From: Nageia nagi
Lineage: Eukaryota; Plantae; Pinophyta
Direction of reading: 5' to 3'
NCBI GenBank assembly: GCA_050084985.1
Contig: JBITNC010000001.1
Location: 114,824,001 to 114,888,000, forward strand
Length of the DNA stretch: 64,000 nucleotides
In this document: piece after piece, positions 34,918 through 47,788 of the stretch
How the letters are laid out: each line of letters opens with the position of its first letter
How positions within the stretch are numbered: position 1 is the stretch's first letter
Program-made: the position numbers and the translations under genes
The notes under the pieces: generated by a model
Told to the model about the DNA's origin: nothing
The model's input: only the letters and a program-made list of their open reading frames with translations
Database searches by the model: none

Positions 34918-37900
34918 CATAGTAGTAAATCTCGGACTCGGCTCGGACTCGCCGAGGCCCACTCGGACTCGAGACTCGGGACTCGGCAAAAAAATCGGCC
35001 AGACTCGGCAAAAACTCGGCAAAAGAAAAAATAAAAAAAATATGTATTTTTTCACTGAAAACATAAGTTTTTTCAATTGCATATTACTTATTATTGTTAT
35101 TAGTGTCTTCTAGAAGCCTACTTACTCAACATCAACATTATACAATTTACAATATACACAATTACGAATAAGAAAAAACGAATAGGAAGGGGCATATGTT
35201 TATATTCATCAAAATGTTAAAACTTCAAAGTTCACAATACAAAATGTGCCTATGAGGCTAAGATGGCTACAAAATACAAAAGCACACAATCTAATATCTA
35301 ATTCTATGATGGCTGAAAACTTCAATTTTTTGTCATCCTTTTCCCCTTTGCCCTAGCATAAGATACAAGTTCCTTTTGTGCCTGAGCTACGGAACTAGAT
35401 GGCACTTCCCCTTCTTGTACCCTTTGCTCTTCTTGCCCCTTTGCTGCCAACTCCTCAGCTAGAATTTCAAGATCATCAAAGACAATGTTAGGAATATTAG
35501 GATGTTGTAAAGGTTGATCCTCATCATCTGAAGACTCATCCACATCCCCTGAAGGCTGACCCTGATCCTGTAAAGGCTGATCCTGATCCTGTAAAGGCTG
35601 ATCGTCTACGATCCATTCACTGGATGGATCAATGGCATCAAGCTCAATGGCCTCATAATCTATACCTGCAATGTTTGCATAAAGTTCAATATCAATTTCT
35701 TAAATTTGTTTTCCAACTTAAAAGAGTTGTATATTTTATGAAATTGTAGATAATGGCCTCATAATCTAGATTCTATACCTGCAACTTTTTTATGGTGGAG
35801 GAGTAGATTGTAGTGAACAAACACAAGATCATTTAATTTTTCTTGTGTTAACCTGTTTCTCCTTTTGGAGTGAATGTGCTCAAAGATACTCCAATTACGC
35901 TCACAACCAGAAGCACTGCATGGTTGGGATAATACACGGATTGCAAAATTTTGTAGGTTGGGTGTAAATGACCCAAAATCCTCCCACCATAAGTCTGAAA
36001 AAATCCAATAAAAATAGATTTAATACACCACAAGTTCACATGTAAAAATTGAAACTAAGATTAAAAGATTAAAGTTTAATGTTTAATATTTAAATAACTT
36101 ACGTGGTAGCAAAGTATCAACTGCTTTGGCACATTCAGGGGAACTGAAAAGGATGCCGGTGGCACTTTTATATGCTTGCATCTCAGTTTGTATTGCTGAG
36201 CGAATGTTTGGATCAGCCACCAAACGGTCAATAGCAATCCTTAATCCTGACATCACCTCATAATCCTTACATTTTTTTCCAAACCAAAATTTGGGATTAA
36301 AATAGTAAGCTGCTGCATGAAGAGAGCTATGAAGTTGGAATGTCCAACGACGATCAATGAGATCCCAAAGGGGTTGGTATTTGGCCTTATCGATGTTATA
36401 ATGTTTAGCAATAGCTTGTTTGGCCCTTTCCATGGCCTCAAACACATAACCCATAGGTGGTTTGTCTCCATCAACAAGACGAAGAACTGTCACCAAAGGC
36501 TCTACTATCTGGAAAAAAAAATATTTAAATTCAATATAAAGTTTAAAACTTTAAAGTTAAACAAAAAAATAAAATTAAAAGTTTAATCTTGTAAATTGTA
36601 CCTTGATGGCCTCCTCCATGGCCATCCAGAAGGGCTCCTCAAATAAGATGTCATAGACACTCTTCCATTCGGTGGTGCCTTTGAACCTAGCTCCAGCTTC
36701 CGTGAGCCACTCATCACCAACAAACATCTTCTTCATTGCCCCCTAGATATCAAATTTATGATTGAAGTTAGTTAATCTAATCACAAATCAAAAATTAAAA
36801 ATAAATAACAATTATCATGTGTATGATTATGTTACGATGAAGTTATCAACCTGTGCCTGGAAGAGACTCTGCAAAGTAATAAAAGTTGTGGCAAATCGTG
36901 TAATCCCAGGCCGTGCTATCTCCCTGCCACTAGTGTATTGCCTCATAAGATGCAACACCCATGAATGATTGTAAACATATTTGACCACATGCTTTGCCTT
37001 CTCAACAATCGTGGCCAGCCAAGGTAATTTGCCAATGTCCTCCAGTAGCAAATCAAGACAATGGGCTGCACATGGGGTCCATACAAGTGTTTGGTATTTG
37101 CCCTCCAAAATCCTTCCTGCTCTCTTATAAGCTGAAGCATTATCCGTGATGATCTGGACAACATTTTCAGCTCCAACCTCATCCACTATGCTACCCAACA
37201 AGGCTGCAAGACGTACTCCATTCTTCACAATGCCAGATGCATCTACTGATCTCAAGAATACAATGCCTTCACATGAGGCAACCAAGAAATTGATCAATGT
37301 TCTACCCCTACCATCTTCCCAACCATCTGACATAATCGTGCACCCTGATGTGTGCCAACTCTCACGTTGCTTATGAAGCAACGTTTGAATGTCCTGCACA
37401 GCCTCGTCAAGGAGAGGACCCCTCAAATCATAATATGTGGGTGCCTTAAATCCTTGACCGCATGCTGCAATAGCCTCTACCATGCCCCGCCAATATGGAG
37501 ACCTAGCCACATTGAATGGGATGTCTGAAAAAAACCAAAATGCAGCTATCGCCTTCCTGGCTTGCTTGTGTCTCTCCTCGTTCCATGCAGTCATACCATG
37601 CAATGTGGGTTGTGACCCTGGACTGGAACGTGAAGCAAAAAAAGATCCGGGTTTTGCAATTGAGGCAATGCTAGAGCTATTGCCACCACTACCACTAGCA
37701 ACTCCTCTGCTAGGAAATGGTGATGGCGTATATGTGCTACCTGTCTCTCCAAGGGGGTTTGCCATGGCCACATCATGTTTCCTTTTCAATTCCTTCTTCT
37801 CTTTATAACCAATGAGAGATGCATTGCACTCTTGCTGAACCTCTAGGGGAACTGTAGGGCATGGCTTAACTTCTTTCCCTACTATCCTGGCTAAGTGATA

Positions 37901-38815
37901 CTTGAGGCGGTTTATGCCTCCACTCATATCAAAATTACAAAAGAGGCATATCACACCTCCTTTGTGTTTTGATTTTCCAGGATTCACATATTTCCATGCA
38001 GCATCTTTCTTCCCTGGAGGTAATGTTGTGGGTATTGTTGGCTGCTCATGAGGTAGACTAGCCTCACTAGCCATGATCCTGCAGCTGCACAAGAAAAATA
38101 AAAAATAATAAGATACAAAAATTAAATTTAAATAGAAAAAATAAAAATATAAGCACATGCCACAAGCTAAAAAAAATGGCTTAAATCACAAATAAAAAAT
38201 GGTACTTAAAATTTTTGGCACCCGTCCAAGTATTAAATTTAGTCCCTTTACGGGGTTCGAAAGGGTACAAACGGGCGTTCGGGAAGAGATCTGGGCTAAA
38301 AATTACACTATTCCAATTCGTTTGTATCTTACCCCTAAACCCCCTATTTTTACCTCGCGCAAATTAATTCCCTAAGTGTAATTTCCAAAGTTAAACTACT
38401 AATAATATTCGGCGAAAAAAAGAATATAGAAGGTAGAGAAATAAAATTACTTACCTCAAAATTTAGCACGGATAAAATTCGGTTGGTCTAGTTGCAAAAT
38501 GCTTCTCTCCCTCTCTTTCGCCCTTCTTCTAACAACTGCACCGCCAAAATGACCAAAAAAGACTAGAAAAAGTAATAAAAGGCAGAAACTGGGCACTTTT
38601 TCTCAAACTGGGCACTTTTTCTCTTGCTGGTCGTGTCAGACGAGTTTTGGCGAGTCCGCGGCTAGAAACTCGCGAGTCTCGCCGGGACTCGGGACTCGCC
38701 AAGACTCGCCAAAACTCGCCGAGTCCGGCGAGTCCGAGCTGCCAAGACTCGGCCAGACAGACTCGGACTCGGGACTCGCGAGTTTTGGCGATTCCCGGCG
38801 AGTTTTGCTACTATG
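34918..38815 (-). mobile_element. Intact autonomous hAT DNA transposon (3898 bp)
   Basis: TIRs CATAGTAGTAAATCTCG / CATAGTAGCAAAACTCG. Perfect TSD TTGAAAAG (34910-34917, 38816-38823). CpG-rich ACTCGG subterminal repeats at both ends. Confidence 0.96.
35322..38074 (-). CDS. hAT transposase, 5 coding exons (38074-36851, 36742-36602, 36508-36103, 35994-35779, 35665-35322), ~776 aa
   Basis: All introns are GT-AG and phase-compatible (0,0,1,1), giving 2331 nt with no internal stop. BED finger (W...CLFC...HL...C), SDGW, ITDNA, WTPCAAH and SASGCERNWS motifs. A 5'UTR intron is likely (donor GTAAGT at 38454, acceptor at 38079). Confidence 0.92.
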
Positions 38816-38859
38816 TTGAAAAGTGAGAGTTGAGGAGCTGGTTGAATTATTTATTATAT

Positions 38860-39405
38860 AAATTTGCATATCAAGTATATGTGCTCTAGACAAGAGTTTC
38901 TTCTCATGACATTCAGTTAGAGGTTTATATTCATAGGTTGGTCATTTCCCTTCATTTCCATTTACCATTGGACCACTCATATTGGACTGAGAATCCCGGT
39001 GTTTTTACTTACTAGCAACTTCAGAGCAGCTATTTGTTGCTAAGTTTGATAAATGAATATTGCTTCTTAAAGAATCCAAGGAGTGAACTGTCTAGACAAT
39101 GCATTACTAGTGAAATGTTCCATTTGCTCATTTTAAGTTCCCATGTATTATCCTCACATTTGTGATCTTTCTTTGCTTTCGTTCACATTTGTAATCTTTC
39201 CTTGCTTTTGAGTATTCAATTTATGATTTAAGTCTTTGCAAAGCCTACATATTATAAGGTTAATAGTTCATATCTCTTGCTGCTTAAGCAATCCCCTTAT
39301 TCCATGTGAAACCTTGGGGTAGAGTTTCCTTTCAATTGGGAGTAGGTTACGTTGCTTCACCTAAGTGGTTTGGTTGTTTTGGGAGGAAAGAAAAACACGC
39401 CAACA
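38860..39405 (+). mobile_element. LTR fragment related to 51697-52708
   Basis: CATTTGTGATCTTTC...GCTTTCGTTCACATTTG and TATTCCATGT.AAA.CTTGGGGTA blocks are shared with 52470-52708. Confidence 0.6.
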
Positions 39406-42400
39406 CCAACCTAGTGACATAAGATAAAATTACTCCTACAAATAAAATTAACCTTTCCTAGTTGGGCACCCAACCTTGGGGAGACAAATTAGATCCGCAA
39501 GTTACAAATATGGGCCCGTGCTTTATTAAAACAATAAAACACACCTATTTTAATTTAATTCACTTCTAATACCCCTAGAAGAGAGACGTCCATCTTGGGA
39601 TGCTCAATTAATGCATTTTTGGATCCAAGAGTGAAGCATCCAACATCATAGGGCCTCAACATTATTTTATTAAATCAAAACACTCTAACATATATTAAGT
39701 GAAATCACACATCCCTACAAGAGGGACCTCTCACTCCAGATGGCCCAAAAAAAAAAATTATAATTGCAAATATCCATGCAAGAGATAGTAGAAATATGGC
39801 TCCAAGGGCGAATTTCAAAAGACTATATCTCCCTCGTTTCTTGATGAAACCATGTTGTATGACCTGTCAAAAGATTGGCAAGAGATTTTCTATACATTTC
39901 TGAAAACACACCGGTAATCCAGGGCTTGTGGCGAAAGTTGTCCTCTTTGTAATAATTCTCAAAATTTGGGAATGGGGTAAAATGCTTAAGATCAAGGACT
40001 CTCCATTTTGGGAAATTACAAATCCACCCTTCCCGAAATTGCTTGTCCTAAAGCAATGCCAATACACTCTCAACATCATCAAGCTGAAACCAATTGTAAT
40101 GTCCAAATTTGGCCTTAAAGAAAATCCACCATATTTCTCCCACATTTTTCTAACTGAAAATCCATTATGCCAAGGCGATGCTTTCTTCTCCTTAGTATCC
40201 CTAATGTCAAGAGTAAAAAAGGATGCAAGGGATCTCTACATGCCAAGGTAAGATTCAAAATCTTGATGCCAAACAGGAGTGCCAAGCATCACAACATAGA
40301 AGAATGAATGTGGTCTTAAAAACATTATCCAAAACTGTGACAGGTTTGATCTTATGTAGTTTAGATCTGATTTTGTGGAAATCCGACCTGATTTCCTCTT
40401 TCCAACAGTGGCCCAAGGCTGCAACATCACTCTAAGAACATCACAGCACAATTCCTGCAAAAGGTGATTAGTCTTTAAAACCCTGTTATCACAAAACATC
40501 AAACAGTTAGAAATATTTTCCTTCCTTGGGACTGCCAATGAGCAACAGTCCTTGACCACTGTTTGGCTAATAGAAGGGAGTGTGAGGGCTGTTATTTTGA
40601 GCATATCTTTGCTATACATCCCCCACAACGTGGTCAATAAATCACAATACTTCTCGGCCCAATTTTGACAGTCCTACATATGTACATCAATCATCATTTG
40701 GTTGTTTGCAACACCAGTAAATAGAACATACTTTTCCCAGTTCAATTGCCTTCCTATAACCCAACATCCCAATGCTGATTCTGTTGTTCTAACCACCCAA
40801 ATTCTTTTGCATACTGTTGTTTCCTTTACCATTTTATTATTCCTTCCAACAATGATATTTTGATCATCACCCCATCATAGATACTAATCTCAATACCATA
40901 CCGCTGTCTTTCATCAATTCCCAGCTCCCTTTCTTTTTCAACGAGGGCCTTTTTGAGTGCTTCATTTTACAAACCTGCTGCCTTTGAAAAACAGTCCTTC
41001 ACTCTTATCTCAGCCACTGTTTGGCTGTCCAAATAGCAGTGAACGTAAGGGTATCCAATTTTGTATTGATGAGCTTATCTCCAATGTGCTTCCCCCATAT
41101 GGTGGTCAACAAACAGTTCTTTTTAGCCCAAGTTTGCAAGTCTTGTATGCATTTTCCATGCTCATACATTCCCCAAAAATTTTCCTTCCACTGTTGCCCC
41201 AATATCCCTTCAATTTCATCAAAGTCACCTGTGTAATTTGATCCATCAACTCTCAAATGATGGAGCACAATACTGCCACCTCCTTGTGTTGAGTTGTGGG
41301 CAACTTCTATGGTGTTATCACGCTGCTGTTCTCTTCCCATTTGTAGGCTAAAATTCAGATTTTCCTTTCCTGTTATGAACGCCTGTCTTGTTGCAGTGCC
41401 CTCTCCAAATAATTTTGCTTTAAAGAGGTTCACTGATGTACTTGTCAAATCTGTACCAAAATGGCCCTTTCTCTCATTTCTCAGTGCTACTTCTTCAAGG
41501 TTCACCTTCAATATTGCTAAACAGTCCCAATTTGCTATTTGCAAACATTTCTCAGTCTTCTCTTTAGGGTATAAAGCATCCCTTTCAAAAAACTAAGCGC
41601 AACTATAGCTAGCCCTTTCATTTTTCTTCTTGGCAACATGTGTGCTAAATTGCATGCTCCCTATGAGTATCTCACAAGACTCTTTTTGGTGTGGTGGATT
41701 TACAGGACAGTCTCCCAAAATCAGATCTAAAGCAGCAATGTTTTCTACTTTTTTCCCTTCATTTCTCACTATGCAATTTATGTTATGCTCTTCTTTACTA
41801 ATCATAGCATCCTCCTCAGTTGTATCCTCAATATGTGTAGGTGAACAAATTTTAAAAGAAACATTTTGGAATTCTAAACATGCCTCATGAGGCACGGTGT
41901 CATCAAATTCCCCTTCAATCAATTCGCCATGTGTGTAATCATCCTCCTTTTGCAAGGCAACGTCTTTGTCCTCATGAGCAAGGTCAGCTTTTAGATCTAT
42001 GACACCTTCCTCTTCATTTCTCCCAAAGAAAGCTGCTCATATGCTGTCCTTAGGATCTTCAATTTTTTTAAGGTCCTTTGGTGCATGCTCTTCTGGTAAT
42101 GTGGCCTCCTTTCCCTCACAAAACACATGTACTCAGTCCTATCTGTCAAAATATCTGATTTGTCTTCAAAGCCTGTCAACATCTTCTTCAAGGTGGACTG
42201 CTCTCATAATATCTTCGTCAATCCTCTCCTTAACATATTCTTTTGACTCACCTTCTTCTTTGTTGGTATCTTACACGTACTTCAAAGGGTATTTCCTGTG
42301 GCTGAGCAGCATCTTCATTTTCTTCTCTTATGCTCATCTCATCTTCATCACAAAGCTCATGAATGAATTTTATCTTATGTGACCACAGGTTTCGACAATC

Positions 42401-43934
42401 AGCCATGTATGACGAATCTTGCTCAATCGCTGAAGTGGTTTCATCTATCTTCTCCACATGCAATGGGGTGATGTTGCATCCCAAAACTTCTGATAACCAC
42501 ATATAAAGACTCCTCTTTTCCTACTCTTGCAAAGCTGATTTTTTCTTCACACTTCTACCTCCAAGCATCTCCAAGTACTCTCCAAAAGATACAACACTCT
42601 TGAATACTTCGTACTTATCCTTGTACTCATCAAATAAAGCGTCCATCTCCCAACTCTCCATAATGCAAGAATGAATATCGCAAAGGATTCCTAAATCATC
42701 TAAAATGATCACAAGCTCCTCCAAGTACACTCAAAATACCTCACAAATCCGGATGACACTCTTCAAAGATTCCTCGGACAGATCTAGCACACACTAAATG
42801 TCCCACAAGCTTAGACAAACTTCTTAAGGATACTTCAATGGTTGAATCTCTGAATCTGATGCTAAAATCACATTCTAAGTTGCAAATGATGGATTTAGGG
42901 CACAAAATTTACTTCCAGGCTTGGACACACTCTTCCAAGCCCAACGAACTTGCTCCAATTGCCCAATTAACTGTTGTGACTACAAGATTAAACCCCTAGG
43001 GCTGAACGAACCTCCTTAACTGTCAATCATGCTCTAACTGTTAGGACACACTACTTCTTTGATATGCAGAAATTCAAACTAGACCTTCAAATTACTCCAG
43101 CAGGATAGCAAGATGAAAGCTCTAATACCATTGTAATGTCCCAAATTAGGGGCATTGATTTTCTTAACAATTATTGCTATTCTTAATTAATCCTTTTCAC
43201 TCCAAACTTAGAAATTAAGGAAAAGTACCAAAAATAAAATAGTTAATTATTCCAAGCATGCATCCAACCATGAAACTCAAGATAAATTCAAAATAATGCC
43301 CAAGATGACACAAAAATAGGTGATCAAGATAAATATGCTCAATTAATATTTAATAACCAAGAAATGACCTTGAAAAGCTCAAAATATGCCAAGAAGGGGT
43401 AACGTTCCATCAAAAACTTTGAACACCACTTTCCGCAACTGAAAACTACTCCTCAACTGAATGTCTTACTCGGGTTGAAGATGGGATTCCAAGATCTTGT
43501 CTTCAACTCAGGATTGGTATGCAAGACTGACTTCCACAAATAAAGATATTTTTTATCTAAAGTAGTTGTGGCTCTAGGGCTTCCAGCTACTGGTTTTCAG
43601 AATATGGTGGAGAAGCACTAGAGCTTCTATCTGAGCTCTCCAGCAGGTTTTCATCCACAAGAGGAATTAGTTGTACAAACCAATCCAACTACACGTTCCA
43701 AGGGTTTGCAATCACAAGTCATTTGGTTGATAGAAGACAGCATGATTCCAAATGAGGCACTCACCTCCCTTTTATAGAGAGCTTGGAGAAATTACAATTC
43801 TTTCTTTTGGTTGGCCAACCCAACCTAGTGACATAACATAAAATTACTCCTAGAAAAAAAAATTAACCTTTCCTAGTTGGATGTTCAATCTTGGGGAGAC
43901 AAATTAGATCCCCAAGTTACAAATATGGGCTTAT
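39404..43934 (-). mobile_element. Non-autonomous Gypsy-derived element: partial 3' LTR 39404-40020, PPT, 3.1-kb internal region, PBS 43119-43130, partial 5' LTR 43132-43934
   Basis: PPT GGGAAGGGTGGA then TGTAAT at 40020 on the minus strand. PBS TGGTATTAGAGC. The LTR pieces share a ~110-bp direct repeat (39404-39513 vs 43819-43930). Internal ORFs lack clear RT/INT motifs. Confidence 0.7.
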
Positions 43935-45960
43935 TGTAGGCTCCCAAATACAATCTCAAGTGTAATTAAGCCAATTAATTATCAATCTTAAGCAAATATA
44001 CACACACATTTGGACTAGAGCATCAAAATCAAGCATAAACAATCCCAGAATGCCAACGTCTCACATATACAAGTATGAATGCACCAAAATACCCCAACGT
44101 TTCAAGTATGGAAGCATACACATCAAACAAAGAGACAAATACTAAGATGCAAGATGGCCATGATTGTATTAATGATGAGAAATGGCAAAGGATACAATAC
44201 CATGTGACGTCCCCCTTGTCCTCTAGTCATTAATTGTATGATCCGGAAGGATCTACTTGTAATATACTCTTCTTATGTATTGCTCTTTATGTTGTAACTT
44301 AGGATAGGAGACTTAATGGGTCAATAGACCCCACTGTGAGCCCAAAGTGGGATGTCTCCCTCCTAAGGATAGATTAGGAGTATTTGTCATGCTTGGAGAT
44401 CCCGATAATGATTGTGGGAATCCCAAGATTCATGTATGTACTAGAAAGTCACTTATATGCTGGTACCAAGCTTGGAGAGGACCCCACACCCCCACGTTGG
44501 CTCAATTATGCTCCTAGACCCCACGTCAACCCCCTTCCACATCACGGGCATGTGTGGCATTTTCTGACCTAGTCATAGGCACTCAATACCCCCTAGGACC
44601 CCATGTTGGCATGTCTAGCCATTAGACACCCACGTTGGGCATTTTGGGCCCCCAGGAAGCCAACATTGGAACAGGAGTTGGAGGATGATTCCTAGACAAG
44701 ACCCTGACAAGATAACATATAGATAGACACAAAGGGCTCATTATTGGACACACTTGATCATTATTACATTTATTCTCCTATTTCATTCGATGGACAAGAC
44801 ATTAGCAGAGCGCTAATTGTATTCCTTAGGTGGAGCACACCTAAGAGGGTAGCCAGGCATTGGGATCCTAACTATCTACAGCTTTGGAGGAGCACCATTG
44901 CCCATCCAGTGGTACCTGAGCGTTTATTCCTACCGTTCAGTTGGTTGACCAGAGATCAAGGAGGACTCCTTCAGTGGAGAGGAATTGTGCTATGAGGGGA
45001 TGTTTGCAGATTGTTATCATTGTGTTCAGTGTGGCTCCTGAAAAGCCCACGATTTCCCTAGAGGGATTGTATGATTTGGTACTACTTCATATTGCCAATA
45101 TACTTGTCAAAGGTTCCTAGATCTCATATTGTGTCGACTTAACTTGTTTTATGCATGCGTTGGGTGATTTGTGGCTATTCATGTTTGTGCTTATCATATG
45201 ATGGTATTATAATATTTAATTGATTGGTTAATGCATACTTAAGCTTGATGTTGGCATTCTGACATTGTTACTATGTAAAACTGATTTTCTAACCCTAACA
45301 TTGCACTCTTAAGCGTTTGATTGTGTGTTGTGAATGTCCTAAGCCTGACATCAAGGTTTGGGGGTTGTGATTGAGTGTTTTTGAGTGGAAGTCCTTTTTG
45401 GATCATCACATATTAGGCCCAAAGGGCTCAACGTTGGCTTCCAAGGAGCCAACTAGAGCATACAAATATGCAAATGTGATCAATGTTGGAACAATGGATG
45501 GGACAACCTCACTCCCTCAAGCCTAGATGCTCTGTTGCAGAACTCCCACACCTGGAAACCACTAAAGGTAGAAGTGTGACCTCAGAATACCACCGGATGG
45601 ACTAAGATGCTACACCTTAGCCATAGATTAGCAAGATCCCTTGGCCTGCTAACCCTCCTAGATGTTGCACCTAGGGGAAGGTTGTTTGATGTTGTGCCAA
45701 GACTTGTGTCCATTGGACAGTAGGAGAAATATTATCAAATCAGGTATATCCATGCAGTGATGTGAATCTTCTTTATATAATAATCCCTGGACTTGGATCT
45801 CAACTAGAAAACATCACTCCAACCTCTAATTCCAATGTTAGCCTCCTAGAGGCCCTCAAATGCTCAAACGTGGGCTTAGATGTGTCCTAGGTATCATACA
45901 TATGCCAACGCTGCCTAGGGATGTCAATAATTACAAGATCTAATGGCTAGATATGCAACG
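43935..45960 (-). mobile_element. Family-A-like LTR remnant interrupted by a solo-LTR
   Basis: Reverse-complement similarity to family A (CAATACCA...CAACGTTGGC.TCC and CCCTCCTAGATGTTGCACCTAGGGG blocks). Right boundary approximate. Confidence 0.6.
44203..45410 (+). mobile_element. Solo-LTR (family A), TSD TACCA/TATTA
   Basis: TGTGACGTCCCC...GGATCATCACA, 1208 bp, closely related to 11925-13132. Confidence 0.85.
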
Positions 45961-46109
45961 CCTCTTTATTGGAGACTAATATTTTGCATTTTGAGGACCC
46001 TTGAAAATCAAACATGAATACATGGAAGTAAACATTTGTCTAAAGGGAATGTATGCATCTTGGTCTAGTTTCGGGAATTATGTTAAACTTGCACATTCAT
46101 GATCAACTC

Positions 46110-47570
46110 AAGTCAAAACTATACATTTTTCCTCAGTCACATGTTTTGAGGGACATGCTTATTGCACGTCCTCTAAACAGTGTGACCAACCTCATGCTGC
46201 ATTTTCATACTCGTACTTGCATTTTTCTGCCTAAAAAATGCACTTTCAGGACCCTCATGCCAGAAAAGTTTATTTCTCTTTCATTGCATTTTCATGTTTA
46301 AGGTCATCCTTGTCAAATTTCGAGATAAAAACATGTTTTTCAGCCAATCACATGTTTTGAGGGAACTGCTTTTTGCACGTCCCCAAAATGGCTCAATTGC
46401 ATGCTTTAAGGTACATGCTTTTGCACGTCCTCGAAACGATGCAACCAAGGTGGTAGAAAACCTATACTTAGCCATTTTTGGAGCTTACAAGACCAGTCGC
46501 ATACTTTTAGGTGCATGCTTTTGCACCCATCCTAAATCGTGAGACCAAGTTCGAGAGAGGAAATTTGGCTAAGTGTTGGGCTCAGACGCTGACAAGTGTG
46601 ACTACATGCATTTGACCCCCTCTTGTACCAATCACATGATGACATTGATCTCGTCCAAGAGAGCTATAAAAGGAAGGTTAGCACCAGTTAATATGTTTTG
46701 ATGGCTAAGTTTGGAGCACTACATGGAGTATAGAAGAAAGGCACGTCCCCCAAAACATGCGACCTATTTCAAAGAGCATTTTTGGTCATTTTTCACCCTT
46801 TTTTAGAAATTCCCTGCATTGGGAGGTGTGCAATTGGCTAATCACATCATTTTCTGTACATTAAAAAAGGACTCTCCCAAAACCATGCACCCAGTCCCAG
46901 ACATCTTGGCACAGGAGTAAAATTGACTAAGTGTTAGAAATTTAGCAAGGAGGCCCAGGCAAATACTTTAAGGTGCACGTGTTTGCACCCATCCTAAAGT
47001 GTGCGACCTAGAAATAGAGCTTCAGTTTGGCGTGAAATTTGACTAAGTCCCTCACTTTTTGGCATATACATTTTGGCATATGCTTTGGCACTCATCCTAA
47101 ACCATGTGCCCTCCATTTTGACTCCACCATTTGACCCCAACTTCAACCAATCAAGGGGTGACATGTGGCAAATTGGAAAGCTATAAATAGTAAGCCATTC
47201 CTTAGTCTTTTTTTATCACTTCATTTCAGATTTTCACCCTGCTTCCTAGTCGCACCATTTCTGGTACATGCTTTTGTACTCATTCAAAGCAATGCGCCAA
47301 GGAGAAATAAGGTGTTGAGGGTTGTTTGTGCATCCAAATAGCCATTGTTGGCTAAGGCATTTCAGTTGAGCCCCTGAATTTGAGGCGCATGCTCTGCAGT
47401 GCATGCTTTTCCACTCATCCATATCCATGCACCTAGATGTAAAATGAAGGATTGTACCCTAGAAATTGACTAAGTGACCCAGTCGCCAATAGCATGCATT
47501 CCAGATAGTGTTTAAACACTCATTCAAAACTGTGCACCAACGGTTACAAGCTGAAATTGGCTAAGTGTGA
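46110..47570 (+). repeat. Irregular motif array upstream of extra ORF
   Basis: ~10 copies of GCAC(G/C)...CCTAAA...GTGC(G/A)ACC-like motif interleaved with ~5 copies of AATTG(A/G)CTAAGTG. TATA-like CTATAAATAG at 47181-47190. Confidence 0.7.
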
Positions 47571-47788
47571 GATGCCAGGAGTTGAGAAGAGAAGGAAACA
47601 AGTGGCAAGCATGCACTCTGCCATAGATTCACCCCCCATGCATCTCATATAAAAGGAGGGCATCTTTCATTCAATGAGTTGGATGTCCTACAGCCCAAAC
47701 CTACACGTTTGGCTCTTTCCTGCTACATCCTTCACAGTATCCAGACTTGTCCTTGGGTTCTCCTAGGGGCATTTTAAGACATTCCTAA

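Noticed and set aside
36827-38158. 443-aa ORF as a stand-alone gene with hydrophobic N-terminus
   Set aside because: The N-terminal 28 aa and the last residues are intron read-through. It is exon 1 of the hAT transposase (ATG 38074).
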